Source: Felis catus (taxonomy: Eukaryota). Taken from it: DNA of 64,000 nucleotides. A program made the translations under genes and the position numbers. The notes beneath the pieces were generated by a model. It did not search any database. It had not been told where the DNA came from and saw only the letters and a program-made list of their open reading frames with translations. Of this stretch, positions 24,601-36,600 are shown piece after piece; positions within the stretch are counted from its first letter, which is position 1, and each line of letters opens with the position of its first letter. The stretch spans positions 140,928,001-140,992,000 of the forward strand of contig NC_058368.1 in the NCBI RefSeq assembly GCF_018350175.1. Direction: 5' to 3'.

Positions 24601-27600
24601 CTGGCCTTCCTTGTGACCAGGCACATGTGTTTTCTTGTTGATGCATTCCACTTAGTGTTGTGTTCAGTGCCATTCTCTTAGGCTCTTGTGAGAGTGATGA
24701 GCTCACAGCTATGACCTCATCAATGACATTGTGAGGCAAAATAACTGAGCAACTGAGTTTTAATAAATACGGATCACAAGAAATGATCTTTGCATTAAGT
24801 TTTGCTTTTTTTAAATTCAGTATGTGATTTGACTAAATTGTTAAACACAGCAACAGAATTAACATTACATATATGCATGATATATATATATCATATAATA
24901 TGATCACACGTATTATATATATATGATATATAATGTATGTAATATGATCACATATATATATATATGTATATATATACACACACATTTAAGTCAGCATCAT
25001 GAGAGAAACTTGACCAAAAAAAATCAGCTTGATCTTTATCCCATGATCATTTGATAGGCAACTATATTAAGGTCGTATGTGATGAGAAGCTCATTTCTTT
25101 TGACAGAACACGACCTATATACCTTTTTTCTTTCTTTACTCTTGCTATGGAAAAATCCAAATCTACCACTTTTTTTCCTTTTTAGTTTGACAGCAGGGGT
25201 ACTTAAGGTGATGTTACAATCAAAGATACCTACTTCTGCAGATTTATCTGCACTATCCATTTTAATCTGTTAAATTGTATACAGTTATAAAAATACATTA
25301 TGTTTGCCTTGTGTGCTGTTTTGTGTTCAGTGCCAGTGGTTTGGAATTAACTTCTTTTATATATGTTTTTCTAATATGATATAACCTAATTTGTTTTTGC
25401 TACAGATTATTATTATCAGACATACTATAAGGATGTTAGTCTTCCAAATAAAGTGACTGAACCCTCAGTTCACCAAGATCAGGATATCGAAGCTTCTACT
25501 TTTAATTCTGAAGACCAGTCACAAATAGAAAATGATGCTTACGCTGGTACTGATATAACGGAACATGTTAAATGTATGGAAGACCATTTTGCCTCAAATT
25601 CACAGGTAACGTTTAGCGTGAAACTGTTGATGGGGCATCTGGCTGTCTCAGTTGGCTGTGAGTTTGAGTCTCATGTTGGGTGTAGAGACTACTTAAGTAA
25701 ATAAAACTTAGAAAAGAAAAAAAAAAAACTGTTGATGCCCTAAACATATCTTTCTCTGTTGTTATTATATAGAAAAATAGACTTCTTTGGTCCCTTATGA
25801 CATATATCAGAGTTATAAACATTCTGTGCATAGTTATGCAGTGAATACTAACAGTTTTTGGGAAACAAAAATTGGAACTTGTTAATATATATAATTGTTT
25901 TTCTACTCTATTGTGTTCTAAAAATTTGTGATATACATAAGCTAAAAGAAAATTTATCACTATATTTTGACCCAACCAAAAAATTTTGGGCAATGGCCAC
26001 AATATCTTGTTCACACTAAGAATTTTTTTTTAAGATTTTATTTTTTAAGTGATCTTGCCACCCGATGTGGGGCTTAAACTCACAACCCCGAGATCAAGAG
26101 TCACATGCTCCACCAACTAAGCCAGCCAGGCACCCCCATACTAAAATTATTTTAATTCTTATTTAATGTCAAATATCTTCCCACTATTGCCTGAGTGTCA
26201 TAGAAATGTGTTTCTTCACTTTCAATCAGGATCCCAGGATCCGAAGATATTGTTAAAGAATGTATCAGAGTCTATATTTTGTAGATTATTACCCTATAGT
26301 ATCAGGCAATATTTTTGAGTAATGGTCACTCACTCACTTCTAATATCTTCAAAACTGGGTCAAAATTGAATTAACTAAAACACTAGTAACTATTTTTTAC
26401 ACTGGACCACACTGTAATTGATAGCCATTTCTTTCTATTGCAGAAATTGAAGTCTTATTATTTAAAATTGCTTTAAGTCTATTTTTTTTCTAATTCTGTT
26501 AACTTCTAAATTGACACAAGCAAGTATTGGTCTTACTTGACATGAATGTATCTTACCTAGGAGCCAGCGTCCGTATTAGCAACAGAAGATACATCCTTAG
26601 AAGGTTCTTCTTTAGCTGAAAGTTTGAGAGCTGCAGCAGAAGCTGCAGTGTCTCAGACTGGATTTAGCTATGATGAGAACACCGGACTGTATTTTGATCA
26701 CAGCACCGGCTTCTATTATGATTCTGTAAGTATCTCCGACTGTTTAGTGTTGTATGGTTGTGTCTTTGCTGCTCGATACCAAGTATTCAACCTTAAACTG
26801 AATTAAGAAAAGCAAGAGGCTGTGTTTAAATTCAAAACTATTTGATTCAAAGCTATTTGACATGAGTAAAGAGTTGTAGAATAGCTTATGATGCTACATT
26901 TCTATGTTCTTAACTAAATAAGTTAATTGTGGTTATTATAGATTAATATTTCCGAAAGGTCTAATAACCTTTTTTTTTTTTTTAATGTTTATTTTTGAGA
27001 CAGAGAGAGATACAGAGCATGAACGGGGGAGGGTCAGAGAGAGGGAGACATAGAATCTGAAACAGGCTCCAGGCTCTGAGCTGTCAGCACAGAACCCGAC
27101 GCAGGGCTCGAACTCCCGGACAGTGAAATCATGACCTGAGCCGAAGTCGGCCGCCCAACCGACTGAGCCACCCAGGCGCCCCTCTAATAACCTTTTATAT
27201 GTCAAGTAACATGCAGAGATGTTAGGGTATCAATACACTTGATCTTAGCCAAAAGGCCAAGAAGCGATTTTAGAGTATTAATAAAAACAGTTAACTATAT
27301 TGTTGTATAATGTTTAAAAACCTAAACTAATATTTTTTCATAGAATTGATAAGGAAGTGACATTGTTAATGCTAGGCTTGGCCTGAGATACTTTAGAGTT
27401 GTTTCAAATACTTAATCCATTTGAGCCCCAAAGGGAGTCTTTTTCTGGAATTCTCAATAGCATGTTTATTATTAGTTTAAAACTTCTTTGGCTTTTAAGC
27501 ATTTCTCTTTTTATTTTTTTCATTTTTATTTTTTTAAGTTTATTTCTGAGAGAGAGAGAGAGAGCATGAGCAGGGGAGGGGCAAAAAGAGAAGGAGAGAG

Positions 27601-29007
27601 AGAGAATCCTAAGCAGGCTCCACATTGTCAGCACAGAGCCTGACATGGGGCTTGATCCCACGAACCGTGAGATCATGACCTAAGCCAAAATCAGTAGCCA
27701 GACACTTAACTGATGGAGCCACGCAGGTACCCCAGCATTTCACTTGTTTTAAAAATCAATGTTAACGGTGAGAACTAGGGATTTAGTATGGAATCAGACA
27801 TGTTATGTGTGTAATGGACCACTGACCAGGACAGAATGAGAAAACAAAGTTCATGATTTATAATTCAGTATTATGGCTGTTGCCGTCTGGTACTTGAAAT
27901 GGGATTTCATTTAGGATTTGATGAAAATGATGGCACTTACATATGTATATACCTCAACCTCAGTGGCTTAGGCATGTGATTTCCTCAGGAATTCTAGAAT
28001 GTGGTACCCCAAAGTGGAGCAGATGTTCACCGTTCCAATCACTGGAATTATTGTTAGCTAATTGAAGGAACATAATGATAATGCTAAATAGTTAGATGAA
28101 AGATTTCATTAGCTTGTCAGTTTGCTCTTGGTTTTCTTTGTAAATCCCTTATGAAGAAAGGGTTTTCTTCCACAGAGGTATGCTAATTGACAATGCTAAT
28201 TAATACCCAAAAAATTAACGTTTTTTATTACCAAAGAGAGTAGCTGATTAAATATTTATTTGGTTTTGAGGAGAATACAGAGTTTGTACGTATATGATGT
28301 TAGTCTTCATCATTCGTCTACCTTCCTTTCTGTCTCTTTCCTCCTACATCTCTTCTATAAGTGGTTATGTGTAACATTGTGTAGGTTGTGTTTTAGTAAA
28401 TTAGGGACATCATTGTTTTGCCCTTTTTATTGTGCCAGTTTTCATTTTATTTTTTTATTTTAATTTTCATTTTTCTTCTATTTTTGAAAATGTGTTTTGG
28501 ACTGAAAGACACGAGATTAAATAGGTTTGAGTTATAAAAGTTTTATTATCATCACTTCCATTCAGTTTTTTAGTTTCAGGAAAGATAGTGAGAATTCTAA
28601 GTATTTTTGTAAGAGATCCGCAAAGTGAATTAAACACAATAAATTGCAGTAATATCAACTCTTAGAAAATAGTCTTTTCCAGGCAGGTTTAGTTGGTTAA
28701 CCTTAGTATATTGTAAGATGTTTCCAACTCTGATCTACATAGGTTTATGATGTAAATAAAACATAGATTGTTCCATTAAATCTTGATTATAAAATATGGG
28801 CCAGTATCTAATAAATATAGATGATTATATAAATTAATCGTTGTGGTTTTTATCCATAATTTGCCAAAATTCATTTTTGCATAGCTGTTTTACTTAATTA
28901 CTTACGGTAGAATTAGTAAAGACAGTTATTTATCACTTTCTTTATATAAACTATTATGTTGTATTTATGAGCTTAATTTTTGTAAGTTTGAGGGTTTGTT
29001 TTGTTTT

Positions 29008-29038
<31 letters not shown>

Positions 29039-30571
29039 CAAGCAAGCACAAGCTGGGGAGAAGGACAGAGAGAGAGAATAGATCCCACAACCCTGGGATT
29101 ATTACCTGAGCTGAAATCAAGAGTTGGATGTTCAACTGACTGAGCCACCCAGGCACCCCAGAGCTTAATTTTAATTTCAGTTTTTCTTCAGAGCTTTTAG
29201 TCGTGAACACTAAAAGGCAGATATTTGTTTTATGACATTGAGAGAATGGTTGGGGGTTTTATACTACCAAACCATTATTGGGTAATCATAAGGACAATAA
29301 GTCTGGAATTGCTTTTATGGTCGGCTGTTTTTGATGCATGCCTTAGTTTTCATGACTTCTGAAAGGTTTTTTTGCTGTCATTTTTCATTAATGTATTAAG
29401 TTGAACCATATGAAATTCCTGTTTTTGTAAATGTGAAAATGGTCAAATATTGCCAGTTTCGTGAGATTCAGTTTAATATTTAAATGTATTCTTTTTTCAT
29501 ACTAAGAAAATCACTGCAAATATTGCATGGCAAAGTATTTTGGAAAATTATAAGCGTTTTCCTTTCTGTCATCTTTGCTCATTATCTTCAGAAAATACTA
29601 ACAACATTTATTTAAAAAAAAAGAAACCTTTACTATTTTTGAATGTATTTGGTTTATGTTGTTTATTTTAAAATTTTATTTCATCTTACCTGATTAGAAC
29701 TTACTGTTTTCTTGTCTTTGAAAGGAAAATCAACTATATTATGATCCTTCCACCGGAATTTATTACTACTGTGATGTGGAAAGTGGTCGATACCAATTTC
29801 ATTCTCGAGTTGATTTGCAACCTTATCAGACTTGTGGCACAAAACAAAGTAAGGATAAAAAATTGAAGAAGAAAAGAAAGGATCCAGATTCTTCTATAAC
29901 AAATGAGGAAAAGGTAATGTCTTCATAATTTTAAAAATTTATATAATGATGTAATTCTGTCAAAGTTTTTGATGAAACTGAAAATCATAATTCAGTAACT
30001 ATATTTCAAGCATAGCAAGATAACAAGATATCAGAATCTATCAACCAAGGAGCATTCACATGGGGGCAAACATGTACTTTTTCACAAATTCTCAGTCACT
30101 ACAAATAGAAGGAATTTCTTAAAGTTTGAAGGAGGTAGATTTAGGGCAGATAAAATATTCATGTGTTACATAATTTGGAAGAAGAGCGGTCAGACCCTCA
30201 GTCAATTGTGTAATTGCACAGTTTACAATAATAAAAGAAAAGCACAGATTGTATGTAGGTGTAGATAAAAGTTCAACTTCTTAATCATGTTGAGCTATTT
30301 CTTACCTATTATGTTAACAAACATTAAATGAGTTGCTAGCAAATACAGGGTAGTTACATATTTATTAGAAGTGGAAATTGGTGTGTTTGGGGAAAGTAGA
30401 TGGGCCTTTTGTATCAATCACCATAAAAATGTTCATATTCTTTAACTGGAAAATCTCTTTTGTAGTAATTTTCAAAATCCAAAGAAAGAAAAATACTTCA
30501 TTATATAGCAGTATGTTTATTTTAAGTTTATTTATTTTGAGAGAGACAGAAACAGCATGAACAGGAGAGGA

Positions 30572-30620
<49 letters not shown>

Positions 30621-33600
30621 CCCAAGCAGGCTCCATACTGTCCATGCAGAGCCAGACGCAGCGCTCGAATTCACAAAACCGTGAGGTCGTGACCTGAGCC
30701 GAAATCAGGAGTTGGATGCTTAACTGACTGAGCCACCCAAGTGCCCCTATATAGCAATATTTTTAAGAACAGAAAAAAATGAAGAGTTCATATGGCCTGC
30801 AAGATCCTGGTTAAGAAAATGATAGTATGTTTAATTGAAAAAACATTCTTTAGGTCTTAAAATGGTAATATATAAAGACAGAGGGGAACTTTAAAAATGC
30901 TTGTGATACTAGGGGCGCTTGGGTGTCTCAGTCAGTTAAGTCTCCAACTTCGGCTCAGGTCATGATCTCACGTCCGTGAGTTCGAGCCCCCTGCGTCGGG
31001 CTCTGTGCTGACAGCTCAGAGCCTGGAACCTGCCTCAGATTCTGTGTCTCCCTCTCTTTATGCCACTCCCCAACTCTCCTACTTCAGTGTGCTCACGTTC
31101 ATTAATCATTTTATAGTGATAAAATGTTATTTATATATAATAAATGATAAGATTTTGTAGATACTAGGTAGATAAAATAATAAAATGAATTTCACCTGCT
31201 TTTACCTTTTTACTGTGGTTTCTAGGAAAATTTAAAGTATATACACGGCTTACATTATATTTTTGTTGGACAGCAGTGGTCTAGGCTGTCGCATGGTCTA
31301 AGCAATATGTGATAAGAGCCTGTACTAGGACAAATGATAAGGAGAGAGAATTGGGATAAAGTATAAACATAGTCCATAGCACTTGGTAATTGATTCCATG
31401 TAATAGTGAAGGGGATGTCAAAGATAACTATACGATTTTTGATGTGGATGATAAATGGATGGTAATGTCATTAAGCAAGAAAGGGAACATGAGAGGAAGA
31501 GGGGTTATAGGTAAGAGCTGTTGTTATTTCATATATAATGTACGTATATCTTCACTAATTCATTGAAACATTTGGCATTAAACATTAGAAGATGGTCGTG
31601 TTTAAGACATTTTTCTCTGTTCCTACCTCCCTACCTACCTCTTTCCAGGATTTGAATTCAGAAGATCAAAAAGCATCCAGTGTTGAACATATAGGCTGCA
31701 GTGAGGGAGAAGATTTTGCAAATGTGAAAAAGAAAGCCAAAATGGACATTCATTACAAAAACAGTCCCACCAAATTCACTGTTCCAGTTAGTGGAAGGAC
31801 TGTAGAATCTTCTCTTAATGAAAACATTTATAATTCAGTGTCATTTAAAGATGAGAAAATTATGGAGACTGATAGTGAGCCAGAAGAAGGTGAAATTACA
31901 GACTCTCAGACAGAGGACAGTTATGATGAAGACATTACCAGTGAGGACAATGTAACTGCAGAAGATACTGAGGATGAAGGTGAATAAATAACCATTGTTT
32001 AATTTTCTATAAAGAACCTAGTTTGGTCATTGTAAAAGAGCAAGACGTTAAAAATGTTAGAAACGCATGTAATGTATCTGCCAAAAAATAAACTGTTCGA
32101 AGCTGATTATTTTAATGATAGTGTTGAAAATTATGTGGGCTACCACTTGGTTATTTTTAGAGGGAAGGATTTGAATACATGACTAATACTTGGACCTTTA
32201 AAGTTTTATTGCATCGAATGGCCTAATCAGTAGAACAAAACCAAGTTACATATATTCTAACCCTAAAGATACATGTGTTGTCTGTCTGAGTGGGCTAGAT
32301 CTTTGGAGGCCACTTATGAAATTGAAGGGAAAAAATAAATTGCCTTTAAAAACATGTAGTCCATAAATTAAGCTACATAAGTATTAGGGTAAGTCTTACA
32401 TTTTTTAACTTGAGGTCATAAAGGTATACTTTTTTAAAACCCAAGATTTCATATTAGGCCATATGAACTTATTTTCTTCTTGAAAATAGTCACCCCCCCC
32501 CTTTTTTTTTTTAAAGGAGGGCTCAGTTTTTCTAAGTTAATATAAGAATTCTTGTTTAGGAGAAATTTGTTGTTGTTTTTGTTTTGAGAGAGTGCTAGCT
32601 GGGGAGGGGCAGAGAGAGAGGGGGGACAGAGGATCTGTAGCAGGCTCTGTGAGGACAGCAGAGAGCCTCATGCAGGACTTGAACCCACAAACCTTCATAA
32701 GATCGTGACCTGAGCCTAAATCAAGAGTCCGATTCTTAACTGACTGAGCCACCCAGGTGCCCCTAGGTTGATCCCTTTAAATCTTAAGTGTTTTAAAGCC
32801 TTACTTATTATGTATGTCACATGGCAGAATTTAAGAAGGTTGTTTCAAACAATTAAGATTTTGATCAATACGTTTTATTTTATGGATGCTTCTTATTCCT
32901 GCCTAGAAATTAGATATCTCTAACTTTTTCCCATAGCATTTGGATTAATACTTTACCGATTTTTTTCTTTAACAGATGAGGAAAAAATTTGGCCCCCATG
33001 TATTAGAGTAATTGTTATTAGATCACCAGTGTTGGAGACAGGATCACTTTTTATCATTACAGCTGTTAATCCTGCTACAATTGGAAGGTAAAAATGTTTA
33101 ATGTTACTCTGTTTGTATATTTATCTTATTCCAGTGGATTGTACATTACTCAAGCTGTTACCTTGAAATGTGCAAACACTTTTTGCCGGGCAGACACTTA
33201 ATGACATCCATGTTCCTCCCTCTTCCACTCAGAAAATATTGTTGATATTTATGTTTTCTCACAGAGATTTTGTCATTTTCTTAACTTTTTAGGTTTAAAT
33301 TACTTACTTAAATACAGTGTTCGTCTGGTATTTAATCTTCCTCCTCTGTTTCTTTGTGACTCGTAACCAGCTTGGTAGAGAGGTAGGTTTCAGTCATGAG
33401 AAGGATAATTTCATTTTTTGCCAACCGGAAAGAAAAATCTATTCTTAATTCAGATTCTATATAGTATCTTAACTTTAAATTCTTGAGAATAGTATGGTCC
33501 TTTTACATGCAGTAGTAGAAGTGGCAAATAGTCAACAGATTTGGAATAGGTGATTGATACTAGTACATAGGATATGTTGTCCCACTGGATATTTTATTAT

Positions 33601-36600
33601 TATTTTAAAAAATTTTTGTTTTGAGAGTGTGCGTGCATGAGTGTGGTGGAGGGGCAGGGAGAGAGGGGGAGAGAGAATCCCAAGCAGGCTCCACACTCAA
33701 TGCGGAGCCCCACGTGGGACTCCATCTCAGAATCATCAGATGGTAAACTGACCCGATATCAAGAGTCAGATGCTTAATGGACTGAGCCACCCAGGTGTCC
33801 TACTGGATGTTAATATTAACTTGGGGTAGATGTTTCAAAAAGTAAAAGTGATCCTGGAACTTCCTTTCAAATAGGAAATTTAGAGTAGGGTTAAGGAAAC
33901 TGGACTTAGTATAATAGAAAGGCTTGTATTTTAACATTATATTTTAAAACAACAATGACAAAATCCTAAAAAAAAAAATTGTTGGGGTGCCTGGGTGACT
34001 TGGTTAAGCATGTGACTTTGGCCTAGGTCATGATCTCATATTTGGTGAGTTTGAGCCCTGTGTCGGGCTCTGTGCTGACAGCTCAGAGCCTGGAGCCTGA
34101 TTCGGCTTCTGTGTCTCCTTCTCTCTCTGCCTCTCCCCTTCTCACGTGCATGCACCTGCTCGCTCTCTCTCTTTCTCTCTCTCTCTTTTTCTCTCTCTCT
34201 CTCTAAATAAATATTAAATTGTTTCTTTGTTAACTATAAGTGCTTAATCTATATATGGTTCAAAAATTGTTAAAGACATCTTACTTTGCAGAGAAAAAGA
34301 TATGGAGCATACTCTCCGAATCCCTGAAGTTGGTGTTAGTAAGGTAAGCTCTTTGGCTTTTCAAATGTGTAGCTTCATAGATATTGATTTTATGAATCTT
34401 CATTATGGCAGAAAACTTAGGGGCTTTTTCATTTAGTAGAAATTTAATAGTTTAGGTAGTGATGGTAATGAAAACAATTTAGATTTGTTTATTCCACTGC
34501 TTGAGAAAATAATGTTTTATCAAAATTTGAGTCGGGGGCGCCTGGGTGGCGCAGTCGGTTAAGCGTCTGACTTCAGCCAGGTCACGATCTCGCGGTCCGT
34601 GAGTTCGAGCCCCGCGTCGGGCTCTGGGCTGATGGCTCAGAGCCTGGAGCCTGTTTCCGATTCTGTGTCTCCCTCTCTCTCTGCCCCTCCCCCATTCATG
34701 CTCTGTCTCTCTCTGTCCCAAAAATAAATAAACGTTGAAAAAAAAAATTAAAAAAAAAAATTTGAGTAAACAAAATTATATTTAATTTTTAACAGTTTGG
34801 AGCAGGAGTAGAAATGTGGATTAATTTAAGTATTAAAGTAACACCCATTTAACAAACATTTATTAAATGAAATAAATGTGCTAGATATGATTGTAGTTTA
34901 AAAATGAATCAGACCTGGATTCAGGCTACGTTATTAGACGGTTGCAATTCAGGCTGTTACTAGACGGTTGTGTTTGAGTCCAGAGTATTTTACAACTCCA
35001 GAACAATCTGTCCTCCACCACCCAAGGCTCTCCATTTATAACTCTTCCTAGTTGCTCCTGTAATGGTTTCAGGAAAAAGAACACTTGGGTTTTCAAATGA
35101 AACAGTAAGAACAGAGTTACAATTTTAGTTACAAGAAGAAAAACAGAAGGTTTTGCTACTGAGACTCTGTATACTTGATATTATCTTCTTGTGTATTTTC
35201 TGTTGTTTTCTGCTTCTCTTTTATGGTTGTTATCTTTTTTCTTTTTCTGATCTTTCATAATCCCCATTTTGTTTCTATTTAGTAGAATGTAATACGGATT
35301 TAAAGTATATATTTTATGTGATTTTTGTCTTGTGGGGATGAAACTTGTTTTCCATTATTTGTTCAAAAGTGTACTTCTTTTTACTTTGTTTTGACTCATT
35401 TAGAAGGGAGGAAATTTTCATAATTTTAACCCTGAGCAAATTATCTTGCTTTTTTACTTTACTATGACTCTTAATTCTTCTGCCTCCAAAGAAAACTGTG
35501 ATTTAAATAGCAAAGAAGTCCTTCTCCCACTCTATCTAAAACATAGGTAGTTGTGTGGTGGCGTTTCTGCCTTTTCTTTCTTTCTTTTAAACTAAGGTGT
35601 TCAGTGATGGGGTAAATAGTTTCTTGCTGTCTGAAATCAGTTTGACAGTATATATCACACATTTCCAAGTTGATGAAAAAATTTTAAAAAACCCACACTC
35701 TTAATATTAGGGGAAAAAATAGAAACACATATTTAACCACTGGATAGGAGAAGAACTTCTAAGTTTAGAAAAAGGAAAAAAATCACAGAAGACAAGATAA
35801 TTTTGAATAATTTAAGTTTGAAGTTCTTTTTTAAACAAATTCAAAAGGCAGACTAGGTGGGGCACCTGGCTGGTTCAGTCCATAGAGCATGTGATTCGTG
35901 ATCTCAAGGTCATGAGTTTGAGTCCCATGTTGATGATAGAGTTTACTTTAAAAAAATTTTTTTTTGTTTTGAGAGAGAGAGAGCATGAGCAGGAGAGGGG
36001 CAGAGAAAGAGGGAGACAGAGAATCTGAAGTAGGTTGCAGACTCTGAGCTGTCAGCACAGGTCCCAATGCAGGCTCAAACCTGTGAACTGTGAGATCATG
36101 ACCTAAGCCAAAGTCAGACACTTAACCAACCGAGCCACCCAGGCCCCCCATGTAAACAAAGTACTATGGAGCAAGGAGGGAATGCTTGGTCCTGAGTATT
36201 GAAAATCTGGAAAAACTTCCCTGAGAAGTTCATCTTCAGGGGCTTCTGGCTGGCTCAGTTAGAGCATGTGACTCTCAGGGTTGTGAGTTTAAGCCCCATC
36301 TTGGGTATAGAGATTACTTATAAAAATAAAATTTTGGGGCGCCCGGGTGGCTCAGTTGGTTAAGCATCCGACTTCAGTTCAGGTCATGATCTCACAGTTC
36401 GTGAGTTTGAGCCCCGCTTTGGGCTCTGTGCTCACAGCTTGGAGGAGCCTGCTTCCGATTCTGTCTCCCTCTCTCTCTGCCCCATCCCCACTCATGCTCT
36501 CTCTCTGTCTTAAAAATAAATAAAAACATTTAAAAAAATTTTTTTAAATAAAATCTTTAGGGGTGCGTGGGTGGCTCTGTTGGTTAAGCACCCAACTCTT

